64,000 nt of DNA, taken from Vicinamibacterales bacterium. GTDB lineage: Bacteria; Acidobacteriota; Vicinamibacteria; Vicinamibacterales; UBA8438. The number at the start of each line of letters is the position of its first letter. Position 1 is the first letter of the stretch. Both the position numbers and the translations under genes were made by a program. The notes under the pieces were generated by a model. It had not been told where the DNA came from. It did not search any database and worked only from the letters and a program-made list of their open reading frames with translations. Shown here piece by piece: positions 10,209 to 19,726 of the stretch. The DNA lies in the NCBI GenBank assembly GCA_965207675.1, contig CBDBMY010000011.1, positions 1,950,171-2,014,170 of the forward strand, read 5' to 3'.

Positions 10209-11396
10209 CTACCGCTCACGCGCACCGACCGTCGACATTCGGAAGTACAGACCGTACAGACGGTTGGGGAAACGGTACCCGCCCTTGACTTCGGGATCCG
10301 CCTCGATCGCGCCCAGCGTTCTCATGCGGCGCAGGAAGTTGTCCAGCACGCCTCGTTCCTGTTCGGTCAGGCGGTCGAGAAGCTCCCGTCGGCGGAATCG
10401 CATCTGATGGGGATCGTCGATCATCTTTCGGAAGATGGAGCGGTAGCGCTCGCTCGTAATGGCCCTGAAAATGCCCGGCTCCAACAGCTTCCTGCCGATG
10501 ACTTCAGCCGCCGCGATGGTGCCGTTCACAACCTCGCCGGGGTTGATCTTCGGACCGCGAGCCGCACGCCACACGGCGTCACCGAGCTCGTGCGCGAGCA
10601 CCGGGAGTCCACCGGTATACAGCGAGAGCATCCGCACGCTCGCGTCGGAGATCTCCGCGTTGCCCTCGCGAAACGCGCCGTGGTAGAAGCTCAGGACTTC
10701 GTCGTCGGACCAGGGAGCGATAGCGATCGGGTCGAGGACGCGGGCCAGCGAGGGCTGGCGCCTCACCAGCTCCCGCCGTCGCGCTTCGAGTCCCACCACG
10801 AGCATGCAGAGCCGCGTCTCGGCATCTGACGTGGCGATCTCGTCGACGGTGCTCTTGAGCCAGTTGGCAAATTCGTCCGAGGCAGCCAGGCCGTTGATGT
10901 CGTCGAGGATGAGAAACAGCGACCTCTTGTGTTCCGAGAGGCTCTCCAGCAGCCGCCTCACCGACGGCACGAAGGCATGCTTGATCGTCGCCAGGTCGCG
11001 TTCCTGGAGATTCAGCTCGAGGGTAACGCCGAAGAGCCCGACCTTGCGGACACGGTCGCCGAAGAAGTCCCGCAGCTTCTCGTGCCACGGCTTGTCGGTA
11101 CTCTCGTTGAGGAGCCGCTCGAAGGTCCGGCGCAGCGCCTGTCCGAGGTCCTGCACGCCGCCCAGGAAGACGTGACACCCGACCGCGCCGTCGTTCTGTT
11201 CGACGAGATGACGAACGAACCGCGCCAGCGAGCTCTTGCCGATGCCGCGCTCGCCGCTGACGAAGCCGATGCCCACGCGGCCCCGAGCGCTCGCGCGGAC
11301 CATCCCGCGTACACGCTCGATCTCGGCGCGCCGCCCGACGAAGAACTCGATGGGCGCCGGCTGTCCGGGCCTGAATGGACTCGATTCCGGGTTCAT
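10209..11396 (-). CDS. AAA/STAND-like ATPase (AAA_16/archaeal ATPase type)
   Basis: SPFRPG..FVGRRAE, Walker A GERGIGKSS, Walker B LILDD, TGGLP, C-terminal winged-helix-like segment. Confidence 0.8.
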   Translation of the reverse strand: MNPESSPFRPGQPAPIEFFVGRRAEIERVRGMVRASARGRVGIGFVSGERGIGKSSLARFVRHLVEQNDGAVGCHVFLGGVQDLGQALRRTFERLLNESTDKPWHEKLRDFFGDRVRKVGLFGVTLELNLQERDLATIKHAFVPSVRRLLESLSEHKRSLFLILDDINGLAASDEFANWLKSTVDEIATSDAETRLCMLVVGLEARRRELVRRQPSLARVLDPIAIAPWSDDEVLSFYHGAFREGNAEISDASVRMLSLYTGGLPVLAHELGDAVWRAARGPKINPGEVVNGTIAAAEVIGRKLLEPGIFRAITSERYRSIFRKMIDDPHQMRFRRRELLDRLTEQERGVLDNFLRRMRTLGAIEADPEVKGGYRFPNRLYGLYFRMSTVGARER

Positions 11397-11489
11397 GAAA
11401 CGGCAAGCTGAACGCAGGTATTCGCCATCCCTGCGCCAGTTCTCCTGCAGGCAGATGTCAGCCGGACCTGCACGGAGCTCCGTGTCCTC

Positions 11490-12982
11490 CTACTGGCCGT
11501 CGCCGTAGCTCCGCAGCAGCGCCGCGATCTCCGGGCGCGTGGCGCGCCGGCCGTTGGTGCCGGGCACGGGGAGGGGGGTCTCGGCCAGGGTCAGGGCGGT
11601 CTGGTCGCGGTTGTTGGCGGCCCGCACGTCGGCGCCGCGCCGGACCAGGAACTCCACCAGCGAGGCGTACCCGTTGCGCACCGCGTCGTGCAGCGGAGTC
11701 TCCCCCCGGTCGTCGGCGGTGTTCACGTCGACGCCGAGCGCGATGACCACGCGGGCGAGGCCCATCGCCAGCGCCTCCTGGTCGACGTCGTCGGGCGCGG
11801 GCACCCCGACCCGGTTGCGCCGGTTCTCCTGCGAGATCTGCGCGCGGCCGATGGCCGCCTGCAGGGCGGAGACGCCGTTGGCGGGATCATGAACGGGTCG
11901 GCGCCGTGGTCGGCGAGGGCGCTGAGGCTCTCGAGCTCGCCGTACTTGGCGGCGAGCCAGAAGGCGTTCGCCCCGACGGCCTGGTGGCGGATGCTGTAGT
12001 CGGCGCTGAAGCGGCGGCCGGGGGTGCCGCGCACGACGGGCGCGTTGGGGTCGGCGCCGTGGGCCAGGAGGGTGCGGACGAGGGCACCCTCGCCCCTCAG
12101 CACCGCCGCGTGCAGCGCGGTGTAGCCGGCCCCGGCGGTGTTGGGATCGGCGCCCCGCTCGAGCAGGAGCTCGGCGAGGGCGCGGTGCCCGCTGTGCGCG
12201 GCGATGACGAGGGCGCTCGTGCCGGCGGCGGCCGTATCGTCGACGTCGGCCCCGGCCTCGAGCAGCACCCGGGCGGTGGCGGCGTCGCCGTTGCGCGCCG
12301 CGAACAGCAGCGCCGTCGAGCCGCCGTGGGCCATCCGGAAGTTGCCGGTGGGGTTGGTGTTCCCGGCGGTGTTCTCGAGCTGGTGCCAGACGCGGCTGCG
12401 GGCGTGCAGGTCGGCCCCGGCCGCCGCGAGCACGCGCACGACCTCGGCGTGGCTCTGCGCCGCCGCCCACATCAAGGCGTTCTGGCCGCGCTCTCGCTCG
12501 GCCGCGTCCACGTCGGCGCCGGCCGCGAGCAGCAGCTCGACGGTGGCGACGTCGCCCGAGCGCGCGGCGCTCATCAGCGGCGTCTCGCCCATCTTCAACG
12601 TCACGTCGGGGTCGGCCCCCGCTTCCAGAAGCAGGGCCACGAGGCGCGCGTCGCCGTTCTGCGACGCCAGCCACAGCGGCGTGGCGTCGAGCGCGTTGGC
12701 GGCGTCGACGTCCGCCCCGGCCCCGAGCAGCGCCTCGGCCGTCGCGAGGTCGCCCCGGTGCGCGGCCCAGTGCAGGGCCGTCGCCCCGTCCCCCTGCCGG
12801 GCGTCGACGTCCGCCCCGTCCGCAAGGAGGGCGCGCACCGCGGCCGCGTCGCCCGCCCGCGCGGCGGCGACCACGTCGTCCGCGGCCAGCGCCGGGGGCG
12901 CGGCCGTCCCGACCGCGAGAGCGAGCCCCGCGGCCGCGAGCCGAACCGATGACGACGACACAAAGCCTCTGCCAACCCGCAT
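11490..12982 (-). CDS. Exported ankyrin-repeat protein, with a single-base frameshift near 11882
   Basis: Signal peptide; repeats GATALHWAA, DATPLWLA, GETPLMSAA, GYTALHAAV; C-terminal repeats (GETPLHDAV) lie in the alternative frame 11490..13004. Confidence 0.85.
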
Positions 12983-13355
12983 GCTCTTCCCCGTCAACTG
13001 ACATTCATCCATGGCTTCGTCACCACAACTCGCGCCGACCGGCCGTCGGCGGAGCCGCCCCTGCCGCTCCCTCGCGAACTCGCCGAGGGGAGGCGCGTCG
13101 GCCGTGCCCCGCGCGCCCGCCGCCGCTTCGCATTCGTTCCGACGGGGCGCGCCGATGACGCGCCGCCAAAACACCGTTCCGGCGCCGGAAGGACGGCGCC
13201 CGTGGCGACCGTATCACGCCGCTTTGGGAGGGTCAATTCAACCCACCGCGGCTGGTGCGCGTTGTCGCGAGGGGACGGGCGCGTTTACAATCCCGGCACC
13301 GTCACGCCGTCCGCGAACGAGGCCGATACCGCCCGGGAGCGGTTGGAGGAAACCG

Positions 13356-15095
13356 ATGCATCCTGTCCGCACCGCCGTCGTCAGCCTGTGCATGCTCACC
13401 GCCCTCGCCGGGACCGCGGCCGCCCAGAACGTCGACTGGCCGCTGCACAACCTCGACCTCGCCGGCAGCCGCTTCGCCGAGACGGACCGAATCACGCCCG
13501 AGAACGCCCACCTCCTCACCCCGCGGTGGCTCTTCCAGCACGGCGTCATCGACGGCGTCAGCAACCAGACCACCCCGGTCATCGTCGACGGCGTCATGTA
13601 CGTCACCGACTCGCGGGGCAGCGTCTACGCCGTCGACGGCGCCAACGGCCACCTGCTGTGGATCTACGACGTGACCGAGCTGCTCGGCGGCGGCCGGCGC
13701 GAGGGCTACATCTTCCGCCACCGCGGCGTGACCTACGCGGACGGGGTCGTCTACAGCGCCGCCGGCTCGTTCATCTTCGCCCTCGACGCCGAGACCGGCG
13801 AGCCCGTCGAGGGCTTCGGCGACAACGGGCAGGCCAGCGTCATCCTCGACGTGCTGCGCCTGCGCTACCCCGACGTGGAGACGGCCATCTCCATGGGCTA
13901 CTGGTTCACGAGCGCCCCGCAGATCCACGACGGCATCCTCTACGTGGGCTCGACCCGCAGCGAGAGCATGATCCCCGGCGGCCACGTGCTCGCGGTGGAC
14001 GCGGAGACGGGCGAGGTCGTCTGGCACTTCAACACCGTGCCCCAGGACGAGAACGACCAGGGCTGGGACATCGCCGGCCCGACCTGGGTCGGCGGGGGGC
14101 GCAACGGCGGCGGCATCTGGGAGACGCCGTCCGTCGACCCCGAGCTCGGCCTCCTCTACGCGGCGGTCGGCAACCCGTTCGGCGACAGCACGATGCGGGC
14201 GGGCGCGAACCTGTTCACCGATTCGATCATCGCGCTCGACCTGAAGACGGGCCAGCTCGAGTGGTACTACCAGCAGGTGCACCACGACGTCTGGGACTAC
14301 GACAACGGCCAGCAGCCGGTCCTCTTCGACATGGTCGTCGACGGCGAGCCCGTCAAGGCCCTCGCGCAGGCCAACAAGAACAGCTGGCTCTACATCCTGA
14401 ACCGCGAGACCGGCGAGCCCGTCCATCCCATCATCGAGACCCCGGTGCCGACCGAGACCGACCGCGAGGGCGAGGTGCCCTACCCGACCCAGCCGATTCC
14501 CCACAAGGCGAACGGCGAGCGGATGGAGCCGGTGTCGCCGGTCTTCCCCACCGACATCCCCCCCGAGCACGCCGAGGGCAAGCGCTTCCTCGAGCAGTTC
14601 ACTCCGATTCCCAGGGTCACGAGCGACATCATCTTCGCCCCCGGCATGGGGGGCGGGGCCAGCTACGGGCCCATCGCCTACAGCCCCGACACGGGCCTCC
14701 TCTACGTCAACGCCATCGACCGGCCGTTCAACGCCGGGCGCGGGCCCAAGGGCTACTTCTCGGCCTACGACCCGACGACCGGCGAGCTGGTGTGGCGGCA
14801 GATCTTCGAGGGCTACGGGCAGGCGGGGTCGGTGGTCACCAGGGGCGGCGTGGTGTTCGTGGGGACCGGCAGCAACATCGCCGGCTACTTCTTCGCGTAC
14901 GACGCCCGCACCGGCGAGGAGCTGTGGCGCTACAACACCGGGGCCGGCATCTTCGCCTCCCCCGCCGTCTACATGGTCGACGGCGAGGAGTTCGTCACCG
15001 TGGCCTCGGGCGGCGGCTCGCGCGGCCGCCGCGGCGGCGACCTGATCCTCAGCTTCGCGCTGCCGAAGCCGACGGGCGGGGAGTCCGCCCGTTAG
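13356..15095 (+). CDS. Exported PQQ-binding beta-propeller dehydrogenase family protein
   Basis: Signal peptide ending AAAQ; QTTPVIVDGVMYV, GGGIWETPSVDPELGLLY, QVHHDVWDYD, YDARTGEELW, ASPAVYMVDGEEFV; GGAGG RBS. Confidence 0.9.
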   Translation: MHPVRTAVVSLCMLTALAGTAAAQNVDWPLHNLDLAGSRFAETDRITPENAHLLTPRWLFQHGVIDGVSNQTTPVIVDGVMYVTDSRGSVYAVDGANGHLLWIYDVTELLGGGRREGYIFRHRGVTYADGVVYSAAGSFIFALDAETGEPVEGFGDNGQASVILDVLRLRYPDVETAISMGYWFTSAPQIHDGILYVGSTRSESMIPGGHVLAVDAETGEVVWHFNTVPQDENDQGWDIAGPTWVGGGRNGGGIWETPSVDPELGLLYAAVGNPFGDSTMRAGANLFTDSIIALDLKTGQLEWYYQQVHHDVWDYDNGQQPVLFDMVVDGEPVKALAQANKNSWLYILNRETGEPVHPIIETPVPTETDREGEVPYPTQPIPHKANGERMEPVSPVFPTDIPPEHAEGKRFLEQFTPIPRVTSDIIFAPGMGGGASYGPIAYSPDTGLLYVNAIDRPFNAGRGPKGYFSAYDPTTGELVWRQIFEGYGQAGSVVTRGGVVFVGTGSNIAGYFFAYDARTGEELWRYNTGAGIFASPAVYMVDGEEFVTVASGGGSRGRRGGDLILSFALPKPTGGESAR

Positions 15096-15117
15096 AACGG
15101 CGTCCCCGTCGCAACGA

Positions 15118-15156
15118 TTGACAGAGGCTCCTTACCAAGTGGATACTTGCGTAAGG
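15118..15156 (+). promoter_or_regulatory. Sigma70-type promoter with overlapping inverted repeat (TA operator)
   Basis: TTGACA at 15118-15123 and a GATACT -10-like box, with imperfect palindrome CCTTACCAAGT-GGAT-ACTTGCGTAAGG (15130-15156). Confidence 0.65.
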
Positions 15157-15172
15157 CGACCGGAGTCGCGCC

Positions 15173-15415
15173 ATGCTCGTCAAGATCACGTCGAAGCGTC
15201 AGGTCACCTTCCCCAAGCACGTGCTGGACGCGATGGGCGTCCAGCCGGGCGACCGGCTTTCACTGGAAGAAGGCCCCGAGGGCTTCGTGCTGCGCCCGCA
15301 CCGCATCGATCTCACCAAGCTGGGGACCTTGCACGACAAGATTCGACGCGGACGCGGCACGTTCGACCTCCAGGCTTTCCGCGACGAGCCTCATGATCCG
15401 GCGCTTCGGGATTGA
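15173..15415 (+). CDS. AbrB/MazE/SpoVT-family antitoxin
   Basis: VKITSKRQVTFPKHVLDAMGVQPGDRL is a canonical AbrB fold; overlaps a PIN gene. Confidence 0.85.
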   Translation: MLVKITSKRQVTFPKHVLDAMGVQPGDRLSLEEGPEGFVLRPHRIDLTKLGTLHDKIRRGRGTFDLQAFRDEPHDPALRD

Positions 15416-15791
15416 CACGTCCGTACTCGTCCGGCTGCTCACTCGCGACCCCGAAGCGACCTTCGCGCGGTGCGTCGACGCCCTGCGCATCCTGACGCAG
15501 AACGAGGGCGCCGAAATCGTCGCGTCGAACCAGGTCATCGGCGAGGCCTACGTCGCGGTCCAGCACCACTACGGCGCTTCCAAGCCCGAGGCTCGCGCGG
15601 GGCTGCGCGACGTGCTGCGAAGCGGGCTGGTCGCCCCCCTGAACGGCCTCGGCGTCTTCGCCATTCTCGACGCGGGCGGGGGGCCCGGCCTGCTGGACCG
15701 TCTCATCGCCGACGACTACGCCCGCGCCGATCTCGAAACCCTGACGCTGGACCGGAAGATGGCGGCCCTGCCCGGCGTCCGGCGTCTCTGA
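15393..15791 (+). CDS. vapC: PIN-domain (VapC) toxin
   Basis: GIDTSVLVR, E in QVIGEAY, DRLI, TLD acidic PIN residues; follows AbrB antitoxin. Confidence 0.8.
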   Translation: MIRRFGIDTSVLVRLLTRDPEATFARCVDALRILTQNEGAEIVASNQVIGEAYVAVQHHYGASKPEARAGLRDVLRSGLVAPLNGLGVFAILDAGGGPGLLDRLIADDYARADLETLTLDRKMAALPGVRRL

Positions 15792-15798
15792 TTTCCCC

Positions 15799-16811
15799 TC
15801 AGTCCTGCTCCTGCGCCGCGCGCGCCTCCTCGGCCCGGGCCCCGCTCAGGATGTTGATCATGGCGTGGTTGCCCTCGTGGCAGGCGTACTCCCAGAGCTC
15901 GCCCGCCGTCACCCCGCGCGACGCCTGGTCGGTGGTCATGGGCGCCGACGCCGTCCACGCCCGCTCGAAGACCTCGGGGTCCTCCAGCGTGAACGTGTAG
16001 TCGATCGACTCGGGGCCGACCCGGGTGAACCGCTCGACGAGCCGCAGGGTCGAGCGCGCCTTGCGCCACGGCGAGCTCCAGTACGCGTCGGGCTTGTCGA
16101 CGAAGTTGACGGTCTCGACCACGAGGGTGTCGCCCTCCCAGCGGCCCCGCGCCTCGCCCGTCCACTGCCGATGCCGGTCAGGGGACGGTCGTCCAGGGGG
16201 ATGACCCGCAGCTCGTGGTACATCTCGTGCAGCATCACCACCTGCCCCGGGGTCTGCAGGACCTGAAGGTTCATGTTGTAGGGCTGCAGCGGCACCATGT
16301 TCGGAAGCCCGTCGGTGATGCAGCGCTCCCCCGTGTCGGTGTCGGTGTAGGAGTGGAAGGGACCGACGCCGTAGCGCGCCCGCTCGCGGTCGTGGGCCTC
16401 GCGCTCGCCCCGCCGCCAGGGGATGCGGCCGTCGGGCGGGTCGACGATCAGCGAGGTGCGCCGGCTGCCGGTGATGCGCGTCCCGGCATCGAGCCACACC
16501 TGGTTGTAGCCCCCGACGGTGCCCGGGGCCGACTTGCCGTCGTTCGCGGCCCGGGTCGCGACCGTCCGCTGCTCGATGGCAGCCGCCTCCTCGTCGGTGA
16601 GCCGGTCGCGCCCCACCTGACCGGCGGGACGCTCGAGCGGGGTCAGGGTGGCCGAGGTCCACACCCCCTGCAGATCCGGGTCGCCCCACGCAGTGCGGGG
16701 GAGGTCCCAGCCGTCATCGGCGCCGGACTGTGCGCTCGCCGTCATCGGCTGCGACAGCAGCAGCGCACACGCAACCACTACCGGCGGCAGCCATCGCCAT
16801 CGGTTGTTCAT
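15799..16811 (-). CDS. Uncharacterised exported 'EYACHEGN' family protein (paralog 1), with a single-base frameshift near 16170
   Basis: Signal peptide; WGDPDLQGVW, RTSLIVDPPDGRIP, ERC, WEGDTLVVET, EYACHEGN split over two frames. Confidence 0.8.
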
Positions 16812-16876
16812 CGCCCTTCTCCTTCCGCCGCGATCCGGGGGTCCGCGCCGCCGCGGCGCGGACCCCCGCTGTACGT

Positions 16877-18013
16877 CTACTGCACCTCGAGCCCGCCGCC
16901 CGCCGCGATCTCGCGAATGCGCGCGGCCTGGTTCGGGTTCGCGGCCACGATGGCGCCGAGACGCCCCACGATGAGCCCCCGGTCCTCGTCCGACAGCGAG
17001 CCCGCCGCCGACGCCGCGGCCTCGACCGCCGCGTAGCAGTCGGCCTCGTAGGTGATCGACCCGCACTCGGCCGTCAGGTTGGCGAGCAGCGCCGCCGCGT
17101 TCGACGACGCGCCGCCCCCGCCCGTCGAGTTGAACGCGGCCTCGGCCTGCGCAATCTCGGCCGCCGCCCCACGACGGATGTTGGCCCCCTCGGTGCCCGC
17201 CTGGAAGCACGTGAAGTCGGCCCGGTCGGCCCACCGCAGGGGGGCGCAGGCGTGGATGCCGGCCTCCTTGGCGGCCGTCGACACCTCGGTGATCAGCGCC
17301 TCGTACTCAGGGTCGCCCTCGCCGTAGCCCGAGAAGTTGCCGAGGTCGCCGCTCGCCGCGAAGAGCCCGTCGACGCCCGGGATCTGCGCGATCTCGCGGG
17401 CCGCCTCGACCCCCTCGAGAGTCTCGATCATCAGGAGGAGCACGACGTTGTCGTTCCAGGTCTGGCGGTAGCCGCCGGGCACGTCGTTCCAGAGCTCGCC
17501 CGGCCCCTGCCCGCCGCCGGAGCTGCGCCGGCCCATGGGCGGGAAGTAGGTCCAGTCGACGGCGGCCTGCGCCTCTTCGACGCTGTCGACGGTCGGCACC
17601 ACGATGACCGCGGCGCCCATGTCGGTGGCGTGCTGGATCTCACGCTCGTCGGCGTAGGCCACGCGGGCGCCCGGGGCGGCCGGCCCGGGGCAGGTCCGCC
17701 ACAGCCGCGCCACCTGCTCCCAGGAGGTCGCCTCGTGCTGCATCTCGACCCACATGAAGTCGTAGCCGGCCGCGGCCATCGCGCAGTAGGTGCGCGCGTC
17801 GGTGGCCCGAATAGTGCCGCCGATCATCGGGCCGCCGTCGAGCAGCTTCCGCATGGCGGGGTTCCAGATAGGCGACTCCTCGCCTTCCGGCAGGGCCCAC
17901 CGGTCGCCGAACTCGAAGTCCGACGCACTGAACTGCGCCTCGGCGGGGGCGGTCGTGCCCAGGAGCAGGCCGAGTGCGAGGGTGAGAACCGTGAACTTGT
18001 GCAGTCTGCGCAT
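16877..18013 (-). CDS. HpcH/HpaI aldolase family protein with N-terminal signal peptide and C-terminal extension
   Basis: MRRLHKFTVLTLALGLLLGTTAPAEAQ signal; GYDFMWVEMQH, ARV, MIETLEG, SGDL catalytic motifs. Confidence 0.8.
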   Translation of the reverse strand: MRRLHKFTVLTLALGLLLGTTAPAEAQFSASDFEFGDRWALPEGEESPIWNPAMRKLLDGGPMIGGTIRATDARTYCAMAAAGYDFMWVEMQHEATSWEQVARLWRTCPGPAAPGARVAYADEREIQHATDMGAAVIVVPTVDSVEEAQAAVDWTYFPPMGRRSSGGGQGPGELWNDVPGGYRQTWNDNVVLLLMIETLEGVEAAREIAQIPGVDGLFAASGDLGNFSGYGEGDPEYEALITEVSTAAKEAGIHACAPLRWADRADFTCFQAGTEGANIRRGAAAEIAQAEAAFNSTGGGGASSNAAALLANLTAECGSITYEADCYAAVEAAASAAGSLSDEDRGLIVGRLGAIVAANPNQAARIREIAAGGGLEVQ

Positions 18014-18270
18014 GAGTACTTTCCTTTGGTCGAAGTCCTTCCCAACTCGAGTGTTCGTTCCGCGCCGATATTCTAGCCCGGCAATCGTGCCCTGCGGCCG
18101 GACTTGCCGCCCAACCACCTCCGGGACTACGCACCGGTCCTCGGCGCAGGCTCCCGACCGGCCGGCCGTCGCTCGACGCCCGACCGGCTCGGGGCATCTG
18201 CGGCACGGGCTCCCGCCCGCGCGTCGCGAGCCACGCAGCGTTCCACCGTCGCGGCGTTCGGCGGCCGCCG

Positions 18271-19368
18271 TCACCGCTTCATCAGCTCGGACGGCCGGTG
18301 CAGAACGTAGCGCACCAGCCGGCGGCGGCTCACCTCGCCCGCGTAGATGTTGCCGTCGAAGTCCACCCCGAGGAACTCGATGCCGGCCCCCACGTCCTCG
18401 TCGTGCTGGGGGATGAAGTGCGTCACCCAGGCCTGCTCGGTCTTCAGGTCGCCGATGCGCACGCCCTTCTCCCAGCCGAGGTTGCTGCGCCAGTTGTCGG
18501 GGGGGCCGGTGCGGACCATGCCCGACAGCCCGTCGCCGGCGTAGAGGATGTCGTCGCGGTCGATGAACAGCCCGCTCGGCTTGCCGTAGTGGGTCCAGAT
18601 GTAGAGCAGGTTGCCGTCGGGGTCGAACACCTGGATGCGGCTGTTGCCGCGGTCGGCCACGTAGACCCGGCCCTGCGAGTCCATCTTGATGTCGTGGGGG
18701 TCGCTGAAGCGGGCCGCCTCCTTGCTCTCCGAGCCGACGCCGCCGCCGATGGCGAAGAGGAACGTGCCGTCGGCCGAGAACTTCACGATGCGGTTGTTGC
18801 CGCCGCGGTGCCCGTCCGACACCCAGATGTCGCCCTCGGGCGAGACCACCACCCCCGACGGCCCGTTGAAGTGCGACTCGTCGTCGCCCCAGACGCCGGC
18901 CTCGCCGAGCCGCATCACCACCTCGCCCTGCTGGTTCAGCTTGAGCACCTGGTGGCCGATGCCCATGCTCTCGCCGAGCGCCGCCCGGGCGTCGCCGTGC
19001 GACCCGCCCTCGGTGACCCACAGGAAGCCCTCGTGGTCGAGGAAGAAGCCGTGGGGGAACGCGAAGAGCCCGGCCCCGAAGCTGTCGACGAGGTTGCCCG
19101 CCAGGTCGAACTTCATGATGGGCTCGAGGTCGGTGCCCGCGCACTCGTTGGCGCCGCACCGGTCCAGGATCCAGAGGTGCTCCCCGTCCGGGTCGGGGAA
19201 GACGCCGCTCACCGTCCCCATCACGCGCCCCTCCGGCAGCTGCTCCCAGCCGAAGGTGGCCCGCCAGGGGTTGGTCGTCGACGACTGCGCCCAGACCCCG
19301 CCCGCGCCGAGCAGCACGACAATCAGAACCGCCGCCGGCATCCATCCGATGCGTCCGGACCTTCGCAT
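18271..19368 (-). CDS. Exported NHL-repeat protein (peptidyl-alpha-hydroxyglycine alpha-amidating lyase-like)
   Basis: Signal peptide; FAFPHG, FNGPSGV, FSDPHDI..VYVADRGNSRIQVFD NHL repeats; GGAGG RBS. Confidence 0.85.
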   Translation of the reverse strand: MRRSGRIGWMPAAVLIVVLLGAGGVWAQSSTTNPWRATFGWEQLPEGRVMGTVSGVFPDPDGEHLWILDRCGANECAGTDLEPIMKFDLAGNLVDSFGAGLFAFPHGFFLDHEGFLWVTEGGSHGDARAALGESMGIGHQVLKLNQQGEVVMRLGEAGVWGDDESHFNGPSGVVVSPEGDIWVSDGHRGGNNRIVKFSADGTFLFAIGGGVGSESKEAARFSDPHDIKMDSQGRVYVADRGNSRIQVFDPDGNLLYIWTHYGKPSGLFIDRDDILYAGDGLSGMVRTGPPDNWRSNLGWEKGVRIGDLKTEQAWVTHFIPQHDEDVGAGIEFLGVDFDGNIYAGEVSRRRLVRYVLHRPSELMKR

Positions 19369-19446
19369 GGAACCTCCCTTGCGTGTGGCGTCCCGCCTCG
19401 CGGGGCACCGGTGCGTCCCTGGTGAAGAGCCGTGCGAGCCCCAGGG

Positions 19447-19475
19447 TTGACAAAGGGTTAACGATAGCCAATCAT
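19447..19475 (+). promoter_or_regulatory. Candidate sigma70 promoter TTGACA-N17-AATCAT
   Basis: Perfect -35 and 4/6 -10 at 17-bp spacing in an AT-rich patch upstream of a small ORF. Confidence 0.5.
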
Positions 19476-19524
19476 GAATTATCCGTGACACACACCATCC
19501 ACGACAGAGAGTCGGGGGCGCGGC

Positions 19525-19683
19525 ATGAACGACTGGCCTGATTGGGTGACACCCGCGATGGTCCTCGCCGCCTCCCTGTGGATCGTTCGAGAAGTCCGCG
19601 CACTGGGCGAGCGGCTGGCCCACCTCGAGGGACGGATTCTCGGCTGGCAGGGCCGGAGCGCAGGCCCCCCTCCGGCGAACTGA
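19525..19683 (+). CDS. Small (52 aa) putative single-pass membrane protein
   Basis: MNDWPDWVTPAMVLAASLWIVREVRALGERLAHLEGRILGWQGRSAGPPPAN; hydrophobic helix followed by amphipathic helix; promoter upstream; below ORF-track cutoff. Confidence 0.5.
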   Translation: MNDWPDWVTPAMVLAASLWIVREVRALGERLAHLEGRILGWQGRSAGPPPAN

Positions 19684-19726
19684 AGCGACGCGTCGGCAGC
19701 AACCACCGGGTATCACCCCCGTCCCG

